Positions 1-11,740 of a DNA stretch of 64,000 bases are shown in pieces. A program made the translations under genes and the position numbers. Numbering within the stretch: the first letter of the stretch is position 1; each line of letters opens with the position of its first letter. The DNA comes from Octopus vulgaris (lineage: Eukaryota). A model generated the notes under the pieces. That model did not search any database and was not told the DNA's origin. It was given only the letters and a program-made list of their open reading frames with translations. The stretch is taken from contig OX597827.1 of the NCBI GenBank assembly GCA_951406725.2, positions 54,560,001 to 54,624,000 of the forward strand. The letters are read 5' to 3'.

Positions 1-330
1 TATGTATGTATGTATGTATGTATGTATGCATGCATTTATGTATGTATGTATGCATGTATGTATGTATGTATGCATTTATGTATGTATGTATGTATGTATG
101 TATGTATGTATGTATGTATGTATATATGTATATATGTATGTATGTATGTATGTTTGCATTTATGTATGTATGTATGTATGTATGCATGCATTTATGTATG
201 TATGTATGCATGTATGTATGCATGCATGTATGTATGTATGTATGTATGCATGTATGTATGTATGTATGTGTGTATGTATGTATGTATGTATGTATGTATG
301 CATGCATGTATGTATGTATGTATGTGTATG
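1..330. repeat. (TATG)n/(CATG) tetranucleotide microsatellite
   Basis: Direct reading; source of the MYVC/HTYI pseudo-ORFs. Confidence 0.97.
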
Positions 331-544
331 TCCTTCAATAGTATTATCATGAGTCATTTAGTACCAAATGCTGAGGATGAGACAAAGATGGTCTTGAATT
401 GCTCATGGATTTTGAAACATTGTTCTTTGAAACTAAACACAAGGAACTAAAGGAAACAACAAAAAAAAAATCAATAGAATAATTAAACTTGAACCTAAAT
501 TTTTCTTCATTATGACATATTTCAAAGAAAACTTATTCCCTATA

Positions 545-577
<33 letters not shown>

Positions 578-756
578 CTGTGTGTGTGTATACATAGGTC
601 TATAATTTTGTACACAAATGTATACACTTTAGACCACCACATTTTGCATCTATGCAACAATAACAACAACAACTAAATACTGGATTGTAATAATGGAATA
701 AGTTGGTGTGCTTCAAGAAGAAACAGTTGAGATTTTACCCTACCTACCAACATAAT

Positions 757-967
757 ATGTATGTCTGTCTGCCTGTCTGTCTGTCTGTCTGTCTGTATGT
801 ATGTATGTATGTACGTACGTACGTACATATGTATGCATGCATATATGTAAGTATGTATGTACGTATGCAAGTACGTATATATGTATGTATGCATGCATGC
901 ATGTATGTATGTATGTATGTATGCATGTATATATGTATGTATGCATATATATATGTATGTATGTATG

Positions 968-999
<32 letters not shown>

Positions 1000-1155
1000 T
1001 GCATGCATTTATGTATGTGTGTATGCATGCATGTATGTATGCATGCATTTATGTTTGTATGCATGCATTTATGTATGCATGTATGCATGTATGTATGCAT
1101 CTATGTATGTATGTATGTATCTATGCATGCATGTATGTATGTATGTATGTGTATG
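757..1155. repeat. (TCTG)n-(TATG)n compound microsatellite
   Basis: Direct reading; followed by the same 38-bp unique flank as the first tract (331-368 vs 1156-1193). Confidence 0.95.
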
Positions 1156-2489
1156 TCCTTCAATAGTGTTATCATGAGTCATTTAGTACCAAAATGTTAT
1201 TCCACTCATGCAAGGACTTATTTCACTAAATTTCAATGTTTGAGGAAATGAGGCAATTTCCTTAACAACCAAATATTTGTAGACTACAGAAACAAGCTGT
1301 TTCAATTTTGTGTCTATCTTTTTTTCCCCTAGTCTTTCTTTTCCCTGACTTTCAGGTGCCACAAAGGGCTCTGTTTTCTTTGTGACTCTCTCTTAAAGAA
1401 CCAAAATGTGTAGATTCTTTCAGTAATATATGGCTGCTTAAGCTGGAGCAGATTATCTCTCTTATCTCTCTAAAACTTGAGAATAATTTGTTTCTTCCTC
1501 CATCAAATAAAGTTTGCTTTGTTCATTTAGTACTCTATTCAAGACTACCCTGTCTCTGTTATAATGCTGGCATAATTATTCTATATTAGGGACTGCTTTT
1601 TAAATAGTTCCTGATTAAGACATATCAGAGTGGAGATGAAGGAAATTTGGTAATTACATTGAGCATCTGTTCTATTTTTAATCTCTTATCTTTTAATTCA
1701 GTCATTAGACTTCAGCCATGCTATGAAACTGCCTTGAAGAATTTTTTGCCAAATAAATTGAACCAATTAACCCCAGTCTTTTTTTTTTTAAGCCTCGCAC
1801 TTATTCTATTGTTTAATTTTGCTGAATCGCTAAGTTATATAGGATGTAAATAAACCAACACCCATTGTTAAGTAGTGCTATTTATGCCAAACAACATTGA
1901 CATACTCATCGTGTACAAAGCGATTTGGTTTTAACTTCTATATCTATAAGTTATTCCACAGTCTTCTGCCTAGGATGTTGCATCAATTCTGTGATTTTGC
2001 CCTAGCCAGAATTAGAGCTTCATCATCTCTGCTCACCCTTGTACACATTATCTTATGATGGGTAGGTTACCACAGATGGTGGATAAGTCATCACTACTTT
2101 TTGACAGCAAAACTACCCAAGAACTGTCGAATGTAATACTGTAGGTGAATTTTAAGAGTAATTAGTGGCATATCTCAAACACAGTAATTTTCAGTGTAGT
2201 TTTTCAGAGTTATTTGCCGCATATCAATATTCTGTAAAGGTACCATTATTTTCAATAAAAACATTGAAAAGAAAAAGGAAAGCATTATATTACTTTCACA
2301 TGTATTAAATAATTTTCATATCCACAGATGGGCTGCTTCATTATTTTGTGTATCTTCAGTGCAAAATATGAGAGGATTATATTATATTTGTGCAATTCGA
2401 GAGAGGTAGAAATTTAGTTTATTGAGACAAAGTGATGAAGTGTTGAAGTCAGAAAGTTGCAAGTTGTTTTTGAGTCACAAGATACAGAG

Positions 2490-2700
2490 AAATAGAGAGA
2501 GACAGAGAGGAGGAGAGAAGGGGAGAGGGGAAGAGGGGAAGAGGAAGAGAGAGGAAGGGAGGAGGAGAGAGAGACAGAGAGGAGGAGAGGGGGAGAGGGA
2601 ATGAGGGAAGAGGAAGAGAGAGGGGGAGAGGAGGAGAGGGAAAGAGAGGAAGAGGAAAGGAGAGGAAGAGAGAAAGAGGGAGAGAGCAGGAGAGCAGCAG
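2490..2700. repeat. GA-rich low-complexity tract
   Basis: Polypurine tract with the internal repeat agagagacagagaggaggagag. Confidence 0.85.
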
Positions 2701-3198
2701 CAGTGGGATGCATATGGTTTAAAAATAAAAATGATAGTACTTAATATTTCTGTACCTTTTTCTGCCAAAAGGCTAAGAGCAGTTGAGTAGAAATAGAAAC
2801 ATTACAGAAAAGTTCCATTTTAGCCTTTTCCCAATAGCTTTTATCAATATCTGAACAGTTATTATGTGTGATGGTTGGAAGGTGCGCATAAGATCCATAT
2901 GGATCTTGCTTACCTTTAAGGCATGCACTCAGGATGCTACAAAGCAAAACAAAAAGGATGAAAGAGAAATTTTCTACACTATTTGAGTTAGTTATGTATA
3001 TATATATATATATATGAAAAAACAAGTCAAAAATAGATTTTTGACTTGTTTTTTCATATATATCAACTCGTGTGTTCCTTTCCACCCTTATACATATATA
3101 TATATATATATAACTTAGAATAACTTAGAAAGGTTTTTGGCCAGTATTGGCCCAGGCCATGTCTAACTTGATAGCACCACCTGGCGAAGTCTTTCAGT

Positions 3199-6100
3199 TC
3201 AGGATTTGGGCACCAAGGCCCATTCGAGCAGAGAGTTATTGTTTGCGGAGACATATCCGGGTGTGGATGGTTTGTCCGGTACTGTTTGAAGGAATTTGTC
3301 CAAAGACTTCTTGAATTTTGTGTGGTCAGTTTCTTTTTTGACGTGTCCTGGTGTAATGTTGAAGAGAGCGGGTCCAATTGAGGTGAAATAGTTGTGCCGT
3401 ATTGTCGTTATGTGATGCGATTTAGATTTTTGTTGTGGACGGATGGCACGTGGTCCAAGCCTTGGATGCATTTTGAAGGTGATGCCAACATCATTCGGAC
3501 AGTGCTGATGGAATATTTTCCACATCATACAGATAATGTAGCGTTCACGGCGTCGTTGGAGTGAATACAATTTCAGCTTCTCTAGTCTACCCCAGTAGTC
3601 AAGGTCTGACATGCCATCTATCTTTTTTGTGATTGACCTTTGGGGAGCTTCAATTCTCATAATATTTTGTTTTGTGTAGGGAGACCACAGTGGACAGCAG
3701 TATTCAAGGTGGGGTCGGGCAAAAGTGGAGAAGAGAAGGATAATAGCGTGGGAATCTCTCGACTGGAAGGTTCTGAGAATCCAGGAACACATTCTGCGGG
3801 CCATGTCAACTTTGCTGCTTATATGTGTAGCCCAGCTTATGTTGTTGTCCACTGTTACTCCCAGGTCTCTGATGTTGTTGGATGCCATGAGAATTTCTCC
3901 AGAAGGAAGAGAGTATGGGAGTTTCAGAGCGTCCTCCCTTCCAAAGTGGATCAGTTCGAATTTGTCTTCATTTAGCAACATGTTATTCTTTTCCGCCCAT
4001 TGGACAACAGCTAGTAGGTCTGACTGAAGGTTTATTCGGTCATCCACGCCATTGATGACCTTCTGGAGCTTGGAATCATCAGCGAAGGTTCTGATGTTGC
4101 TGTGTTTGATGGTGTCAGTAATATCATTTATGTAGATGATGAAGAGAAGTGGGCCCAACACAGTGCCTTGTGGGACACCACTGCTGACTTTGGCTGGGCT
4201 GGATTTGACTCCTTCGACTACAACATATTGGGTTCTGTTAGAGAGGAAGCACTTGATCCATTGCAGCAGCTTTCCAGTGACACCAATATTGGACAGCTTT
4301 CTCAGAAGGATCTTATGATCAACCCTGTCAAAGGCCTTGCTGAAATCAAGGTAGATGACATCAGTGTTGGAACCCTCTCCCAAGGCTCTCAAAATGTCAT
4401 CAAAATGATGCAGTAGCTGCGTCAGGCAATCTCTCCCATTACGGAATCCATGCTGGTTGGGGTTCAGCATATTATGACTCTCAAGGAAGTGAGTCATACG
4501 CGATCTCAGCACCCTCTCAAATACCTTGATGATATGAGAGGTGAGTGAGATTGGACGGTAATTCACGGCAAGCGATTTGTTTCCTTTTTTGAAAACTGGG
4601 ACAACAGACTGGGATAGAAGGTCTTCTGGTATATATCCAGCATCCAATGAGTTCCGCCACAGATTGGCTAGAGGGGGTGCAAGTTGGTTTTGACACATCT
4701 TCAAGACACAAGCAGGGAACCTATCGGGACCTACTGCTGAATTATGCTTCATTTCCTTTATTGCTGCTAAGACATCAGGAGCGCCAAATGTTATGTCCGA
4801 TAAAGTGTATTGGGGAGTAACATCACTGATACAGCCCAGATCAGTCATATCAGGATTGCTGAAAACAGAGCAATATTGTTTCTGCAATATTTCTCCCATG
4901 GTTTTGGCATTGTCTTGAAGAATACCATTTTCATCAATCAGAGGGCCAACAGTAGAACCAGTGACTCTGTATTTTTTTGCAAATGAAAAGAACACTTTGG
5001 GATTGAGTTTGATCTTCTCAATGGCCCAGGCCTCTTCAGCTCTTCGCTGACTATTGATGATAGACATCATGTTGTTTTGGAGTTTATGTTTTTTAATCTC
5101 TAGCGACGAGATGGCAGTCAGGTTGGTGTGTTGCTGTTGACAGTATTTCAGCATGTTGATCTTTTTGTTGATTCTTTTAATTTTCCTTATGAGAGATTTT
5201 CTATTTCTAGGGATTCGACACTTAGATTTGTTTGCAGATCTTAATGGGGTGTGTCTTGCACATATGTTCGTGATGGTGTCTACAAGTGACTGCCAGGACT
5301 TTTTGATGTTAGTGGGTGTGTATGTGTGCGTGAAGGACCAATCGACTTGTGCAAGATCATTATTGATCGCTTCCCAGTTTGCATTGTGGAAATCCATAGT
5401 GTCAAATGGATGAACAGGAGGGATGACATTTGTTTTGCATTTTGGCCAGTGAAATCTCAGATCACAGAGAACCATGTCATGGTCGGAGAGTAGGGTTTTC
5501 TCCACTGCAATATTGTGGATAGTATCAGTGTGATTGCTGAAAATTAAGTCTAAGACGTTTTTGTGACATCTCGTTGGTTCGAGTACCAGTTGGGACAAGA
5601 AGTCATCCATGAAGTCAAGAAGCGATTCCACTGCCTCCCTGTCAGGGGTTGAGAGAGAAGAACCTGGCGGCAGACTGTTTATAGACCAGTCAACCCCGGG
5701 AAGGTTGAAATCTCCCATCATTAAAATGTTGTCAGGTTGACACTGCTGAATGAAACACTTTATGCTGTTGAGGCATTCCTTGAAGCATGGTAAGGGCGTT
5801 TGGGGTGGTCTGTAGAGCCCAACTACTGTTAAGTTGTTGGTTTGACTGAATACAGCGACTGCTTCGCAGTATCCATTCGAAAATATGTTCATGGCTTCTG
5901 TTGAGAATGAATCATGGACATAAATGGCAGTCCCACCCTTTCTTCTGCCAACACGATCAGCACGAATGGTTTTGAAATTTTTAACTTTCACCTCGGCTTC
6001 CAAGTGGAGGTCACTAAGATGGGTTTCAGTGAGGACGAAGAAAGGGATGTGGTTTGGATGGGCCTCGACCCAGTCCTCCAGGAATATTATCTTCCATTTT

Positions 6101-6213
6101 TGTGTATTGGTGGAAGGGCTGATACCTTGGGCATTAAGCAGAAATGTTGAGGCGAGAGTGGATGGTTTTAATTGTTTTGGTGATTTGTTTATTTGATTGC
6201 TTTTTAATGGCAT
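3199..6213 (-). CDS. LINE ORF2: apurinic-type endonuclease + reverse transcriptase (1004 aa)
   Basis: APE motifs LLNAQG, LTETHL, GGTAIYV, LYRPP, MGDFN, LDLIF, SDH. RT motifs PVFKKG, NYRPISLTS, QHGFR, YLDFSKAFD, GVPQG, FADD. CR1-type C-terminus LEYCCPLWSP ... SLQRRRERY. No stops or frameshifts. Confidence 0.96.
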   Translation of the reverse strand: MPLKSNQINKSPKQLKPSTLASTFLLNAQGISPSTNTQKWKIIFLEDWVEAHPNHIPFFVLTETHLSDLHLEAEVKVKNFKTIRADRVGRRKGGTAIYVHDSFSTEAMNIFSNGYCEAVAVFSQTNNLTVVGLYRPPQTPLPCFKECLNSIKCFIQQCQPDNILMMGDFNLPGVDWSINSLPPGSSLSTPDREAVESLLDFMDDFLSQLVLEPTRCHKNVLDLIFSNHTDTIHNIAVEKTLLSDHDMVLCDLRFHWPKCKTNVIPPVHPFDTMDFHNANWEAINNDLAQVDWSFTHTYTPTNIKKSWQSLVDTITNICARHTPLRSANKSKCRIPRNRKSLIRKIKRINKKINMLKYCQQQHTNLTAISSLEIKKHKLQNNMMSIINSQRRAEEAWAIEKIKLNPKVFFSFAKKYRVTGSTVGPLIDENGILQDNAKTMGEILQKQYCSVFSNPDMTDLGCISDVTPQYTLSDITFGAPDVLAAIKEMKHNSAVGPDRFPACVLKMCQNQLAPPLANLWRNSLDAGYIPEDLLSQSVVPVFKKGNKSLAVNYRPISLTSHIIKVFERVLRSRMTHFLESHNMLNPNQHGFRNGRDCLTQLLHHFDDILRALGEGSNTDVIYLDFSKAFDRVDHKILLRKLSNIGVTGKLLQWIKCFLSNRTQYVVVEGVKSSPAKVSSGVPQGTVLGPLLFIIYINDITDTIKHSNIRTFADDSKLQKVINGVDDRINLQSDLLAVVQWAEKNNMLLNEDKFELIHFGREDALKLPYSLPSGEILMASNNIRDLGVTVDNNISWATHISSKVDMARRMCSWILRTFQSRDSHAIILLFSTFARPHLEYCCPLWSPYTKQNIMRIEAPQRSITKKIDGMSDLDYWGRLEKLKLYSLQRRRERYIICMMWKIFHQHCPNDVGITFKMHPRLGPRAIRPQQKSKSHHITTIRHNYFTSIGPALFNITPGHVKKETDHTKFKKSLDKFLQTVPDKPSTPGYVSANNNSLLEWALVPKS

Positions 6214-6293
6214 GTGTAGTGGGGTAATAGTGGTGGATGGCGGTGGGTGATAGCTCGGATGTTTTTTTTTCCAGTTCTTTTGCTACATTATAG

Positions 6294-6948
6294 CTAAAAA
6301 GAGGAAGAAGAGGTGGTTTCCTGTCTAGGGAACCGCAGGTGACTGTGGCCGCGGCTATTTTTATGTGAGTGGTTATCTTTAAATGTCCGACGAGTCCCCG
6401 GGAGATGGGTAAAGGGGCAATCCCTGTGCAAACACAATCTGTCTCGCTGGGAATAGCGGCAGATTTGGGGATTCCTTGTTTGAGATATTGGTGGTTGTGG
6501 TGATGTTGCATTATGGTGGTTGCTGTTGTAGTTTGTGGGGATAGAGCGTTTTGTTCCAGGTAAATGGGTGAATTTGCAGTCTCTATCAGTGCACAGTCTA
6601 TGGCGAAGAGAATATCGGCAAATGATGGGGTTTCGAGTGGGTGTGTAGGTGCGTGTATGTGTGTGAGCTGTGAAAGGTGTAGATGATAGTTTGAAGTTTT
6701 GGCGACCTTTGTGACCTGTAGGAGGTAAATTCCTTGAGATAGCATTAGTAGTAGTAGCTGTAGTAGTAGTAGTAGTAGTAGGTAGAAGAGATGTTGACGG
6801 TGGTAATGATTGAGGAGGTCGATTCCAAGACAAAGATGTTTGTCGATATATAGTGGGAGTAGTACTAGTAGTAGTAAGCAGAGGAGATGGTGTTGACAAT
6901 GATGATGATTGAGCTGCTGGGGCAGTGAAAGGAAGGGGTGGTGCTTCC
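6294..6948 (-). CDS. LINE ORF1 C-terminal part with two C-x8-C-x4-C-x3-H (CCCH) zinc fingers, 5'-truncated
   Basis: CRYSLRHRLCTDRDCKFTH and CRYSQRDRLCLHRDCPFTH after a T/P/S-rich linker. The frame stays open upstream of the TTG at 6899 (EAPPLPFTAPAAQSSSL) up to the (TA)n junction. Confidence 0.8.
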
Positions 6949-6995
6949 TATATATATATATATATATTATCTTTTACCTTTTACTTGTTCCAGTC

Positions 6996-7112
6996 AATCT
7001 GGGTTTGGTAATGGATAATTGGTAATGGATAATTTGGTAATGGATAATTGTGTTCAACTAAAGTCATTTAATCCAGTTGAAAAGTCCCACACACACCCTT
7101 AGTTTTTTTTAG

Positions 7113-7157
<45 letters not shown>

Positions 7158-8906
7158 ATCAGAGCTACCCAGTCTGAATAGTTGACTTCTTCAATTATAG
7201 CTAGACTTTCTAGTCCTTCTACTTTTTTATTGAACTGGTCCAATGCTGCAAATGGCATGTTCCATTTGGGCTTAAAAACAGTGTTGTCTTTTCTTTTTCT
7301 GTTATCCTTGCTTTTTGTCTTTGTGCAATAGCTTAATCCTTTTAAAAAATACATTTGGAAACAATATTTTAATTTTTTGTCTCAGTTGTTCAACTTCATT
7401 TGAACTTTTGACCATGCTGACTACATTTTCACAGAGAACACTACTGGAGGTATCCCATATTTCAAATAACTCCATGCACTCTGTGTCAAATAGGCTTAGT
7501 AATTTTTTCAACACATAAATGATTGTCCTTTTCGTTTCACCTTAAAAAGTTACATTGCCAATACATTCACTGATGAAATATAATTTCTTTCCTGTAATAC
7601 TATATGCTACTTTATTTGATTTAAATAATATCAGCTTAATGATTTGTTGCCATGTTTCTTCATTTATGATAGTGATGTTACTACCCATGTCTAATTGTAT
7701 TTTGACACAAGTGGTTTCAGTTCTCACTTTGATGAATTTTCTGTTCATTGTACAAACTTTTTGCTCTGATGAAACTATTTATTTTTTCTTGTTTGGTCCA
7801 ATTTTTCATCATCTTAGTTCTGCAGTGCAATTTAATATGTCCTGTGTTCCTACAATGAAAACACTTTGCTTTTTTAAACAGACATGCTTTTCTCAGGTGC
7901 TTACCACCACATGTCACCCATGGATTTATCTCCAGTTGTATATTGTGTTTTCTGGTGAAACATTTTATCTATCTTCTAACTCTTCTACACTGGCTTTTTC
8001 TGTAAACAATTTCTGTGTTGGATTTCTTCTGTGTTGTGCCTTACTTTTAATATCATATCACACTCTTCTGACACTTTCTGGAGAGTTGTATCCTTGTTCA
8101 TTTCCAGCATTGTGAAAATTTTCATACTGACTTCTGCGTCCTTTTCAGTAGTAAGTCCCTGAGCAAAAATCAGGCATTTGAATGAGTCTGGAGTTAGTTT
8201 ATCCAGTTTAAATCTCTCACTCTCTCTCTTCACTCTACCTGCATATGTGATAAAGTCTTCATCATTGCTTTTCTCAATGTTCAATCATTTCCAACATTTG
8301 TAGAACAGTGATGTTTTTGCAGTAAACATCCTACATAAAATGTCAACTGTGTCCATGAAATTTATGTCAGAAACTTTTTTAGGTAATACGAACTTACAGT
8401 ATTTCTTATGCTCTATCGTTGCCAGTTTCCTCAGAATTAGATGCAGTTTCATTTTGTCTGTCTAGTCTTAGCATTCTTTTTTGAAAATTTGTTCAAATCT
8501 TTGGTAATATGCCTCGAAGGTGACTCCTTCTTCCAGGTCATATTTAAATTCATCTATTGAATTTGCTACATGGTTTGATGAAAACATATTTTCTGGTTTT
8601 GTTACCAGCTTCATTAGTCGTAACATTTGTTGCTGTAACATTTGTTGTTGTTCTTGTTGTTCTTTGAGTTATTGTTGTTGCTGTTTTTGCAACACAACTA
8701 GATCCTCTAACAAGTTTTCCATAATTTTATGGATTCTTCATAAAATATGTACACAAAAAGTGTGTGTTACTCCCCTGTCAAGTTTTTAATTTCCCCACAT
8801 GAAAAATATTTCAACATCATCCATGTGAATTGTTTATTTTCTTGTGAAAAAATTTTTTTTCTTTTGAACATTGTGTGAATTGTTTATATCTTTGTCACCA
8901 GTGTTA
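6996..8906 (-). mobile_element. Decayed Ty3/Gypsy LTR retrotransposon (gag, CCHC knuckle, aspartic protease, start of RT)
   Basis: Gag-like FITYAGRV..FKCLIFAQGL; knuckle CFHCRNTGHIKLHC; protease QLDMGSNITII; RT start YSDWVALMVY..LRVCGDFSTGLN..YPLPNP. Many stops and frameshifts. Gag ATG at about 8722. Confidence 0.88.
8888..8906 (-). promoter_or_regulatory. Putative LTR end (..TAACA) and primer-binding site (TGGTGACAAAGAT)
   Basis: Minus strand reads AATATAACA C TGGTGACAAAGAT about 170 bp upstream of the gag ATG, the usual LTR-PBS arrangement. Confidence 0.55.
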
Positions 8907-9094
8907 TATTCTGGATCCTCATCCATACAAATAGTTTTTTTTTTTTAAAGGTATTCATATATTACAGTCATTTTACTCCTAAGTTATAACTGTATCTAAT
9001 TCTAACAAGAGAGAGAGAGAGAGGGGGGGTGGCACAGGAACTTTGAATCTATGACAATCTAGTTTGGAGACCAGCATGGAATCCATTGTCATTT

Positions 9095-9228
9095 GGAATT
9101 GTATTAAAAAATTGTTAAAATATTGTGTAAATTGTAGAAGTATGAGCAATTTATTGCACATAAATTTTAACAACAAAATCTTATATGGAACCCCAAGGAC
9201 TATATATGGACCCCAGTTGAGAACCCTG
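9095..9228 (+). mobile_element. hAT-like MITE, right half
   Basis: Matches the right part of the copy at 44301-44506 and ends in GTTGAGAACCCTG. Confidence 0.65.
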
Positions 9229-9481
9229 GATTATTTGTTCCATGAACACACTGTTGATGAGGTTAAAAAAAAATTCTACATATCTTTGGTTATGATATGA
9301 CATTCCTGGATATTTGAGCGTTTCTGAGTGACTTCAGTCAAATAAAAAGAATACATGTATATGTTTACCAAATTCAGTAAACAATAGCTTTTTCAACCTT
9401 CCCAAAGGTGTTCTGAAATTTTGTGCCAGGGAGGATATGGTGTACATATAATTACAAATTGCTTTATATATATTAATAAAA

Positions 9482-9697
9482 AGTACCATCCGATCGTGGT
9501 CATTTGCCAGCCTCGTCTGGCACGTAAAAAGCACCCACAACACTCACGGAGTAGTTGGCGTTAGGAAGGGCATCCAGCTGTAGAAACACTGCCAGATCAG
9601 ACTGGACCTGGTGCAGCCTTCTGGCTTCCCAGACCCCAGTTGAACAGTCCAACCCATGCTAGCATGGAAAGCGGACGTTAAACGATGATGATGATGA
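9482..9697 (+). mobile_element. RTE LINE 3' end, 5'-truncated, with (GAT)n tail
   Basis: ttggcgttaggaagggcatccagc ... ggacgttaaacgatgatgat. Longer copies (e.g. 48828-49270) extend into RTE C-terminal coding sequence. Confidence 0.8.
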
Positions 9698-10546
9698 TAT
9701 TATTTACATACTATTAACTATTTTTCAGTGTCATAACACAAGTAGGGTGTGACATCTTCATCAATGTACATGGCAACTCTATCACAGCTGTTTTCTTTCC
9801 TGTCAGATAGGAAAACATCATACTATGGATTTATGTAATTAGGAATCAGAGATGTTTGTTGATAGGTGAGTTTTCCTAATTGCCATGGATATTACTTGAT
9901 CATATGTGACAGGGTCTCTCATGCTGGGAACTCTACTCCTGTTACACAGCTGTAAAAAGGACATAACATTTCATAGTAGAAGTGTTCTTACATTAGTAGG
10001 TAGAAAGTATGGAGTCGTAGATTACTTGTGATAGCATTCTGTGGTGGTGAAAGTAATTATGTGTTTGTGCACTTTGTAACCAGGTCAGATGCAGCACCAT
10101 TCTTTGTGCCAGTTTTGTGAACCAATTTTAATTCCTGCTTATATAGTTAATTCTCTTAACATAGGCTGGCATTGTTCTTGCTGAAGATCTGACTGGTTCA
10201 GAGAAGTTATGCAAGTGGCTGTATTTATTACACTTAACTGAAATACATAGAATATTGACAAATTGATAGGCTGATCAAACGATTGATTAATTGATTCTTT
10301 GATTGAATGGATGGAAGGGTACGGACAACAAATTTTCATAAATACATGATTTTTGATAAGATTATGAAATTTTGGCATACACTATACTGGTAACTTGTGT
10401 GCGTGTGTGTGCATATGAGAGAGAGAGAGAGAGAGAGAAAGAAAGAAAGAAAGAGAGAGAGAGGAAGAGAATGAAAGAGAGAGAGTATGATGTTTGTATG
10501 TTTGTGTGTGTCTGCATGCATTTATGCATCTGTCCTTGTGTGTGTA

Positions 10547-10584
<38 letters not shown>

Positions 10585-11084
10585 TGAGAGAGAGGAGAGA
10601 GAGTGAGCGTTGTATTTATATATGTGAGTGTATGTGTGCATGCACATGTATGTGTGTTTCTCTGTGTGTGTGTGTGTGTGCATGTGTGTGCATGTGTGTG
10701 AGTGTGTGCGTGTGTGTGTGTGTGTGTGTGCATAGGATGTGTGTTTATAGTAATATAATGGATGAGTACACATAAGCGTGGCTGAATGGTTTATAATTTC
10801 TCTTCACAACCAAGATATTTTGAGTTTGATTTTTCTGTGAAGCACCAGGGTCAAGTGTATTTATTCTACCACAGTTTTGGGGGTTAACCCATTCCCAAGC
10901 CTTGGAAACAAAAACAATAAAAACTAGATTAAAACTCATCAGATTGACTGTCCCTACAATTCAAACAGCCAGACTTAGCTAATACAGTGCCATGCTGTTT
11001 TTATAAGAGTACTATGTTTAGGAAATAAATACTCATGGAATACTTACGCTATCATTTTATGAATGAATAGATAATCACATTGGT

Positions 11085-11340
11085 CATGCCAGTGCCACAT
11101 AAAATGCACTCATGTCGGTGCTGCATAAATGCACCCATGCCAGTGGAACGTAAAAAGCACCCAACAAACTTTGTAAAGTGGTTGGCACTAGGAAGAGCAC
11201 CCAGCCATTGAAACCATGCTGAAACAGATAACTGGAGCCTGAGCAGCTCCCCAGCTGGCCAACTCCTGTCAAACTGTCCAATTCATGCCGGCATTGAAAA
11301 CGGACGTTAAACGACAACAACAATTGACAATGATGATGAT
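11085..11340 (+). mobile_element. RTE LINE 3' end
   Basis: Same family as 9482-9697. Confidence 0.75.
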
Positions 11341-11414
11341 GATGGTGGTGGTGGTGGTGGTGGTGGTGATGATGGTGATGGTGGTGGTGGTAATGATGAT
11401 GGTGGTGGTGGTGG

Positions 11415-11448
<34 letters not shown>

Positions 11449-11538
11449 GGTGGTGGTGGTGGTGATGATGGTGGTGGTGGTGATGATGATGATGGTGGTG
11501 GTGGTGATGGTGGTGGTGGTGGTGGTGGTGGATGATGA

Positions 11539-11572
<34 letters not shown>

Positions 11573-11586
11573 GGTGGTGGTGGTGA

Positions 11587-11620
<34 letters not shown>

Positions 11621-11628
11621 GGTGGTGG

Positions 11629-11662
<34 letters not shown>

Positions 11663-11706
11663 GGTGGTGGTGGTGGTGGTGGTGGTAGTGGTGGTGGTGA
11701 TGATGA

Positions 11707-11740
<34 letters not shown>

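Larger units (their letters stand above)
3111..6948 (-). mobile_element. CR1-group LINE, 5'-truncated within ORF1, intact ORF2, inserted in (TA)n
   Basis: ORF1 remnant, APE-RT ORF2, and a short 3'UTR ending in (TTCTAAGTTA)x2 at 3111-3130. (TA)n abuts both ends (3094-3112 and 6949-6967). Confidence 0.92.

Noticed and set aside
2-1251. MYVC/HTYI-rich ORFs (also at 28690-29208 and 56613-58489)
   Set aside because: Translations of stop-free microsatellites, with no coding signal.
3640-6196. Plus-strand ORFs within the LINE
   Set aside because: Antisense shadows of ORF2 with no motifs.
9807-9865. Plus-strand exon-like segment (cag..AG|gtgagt)
   Set aside because: Stops in all three frames and no partner exons.
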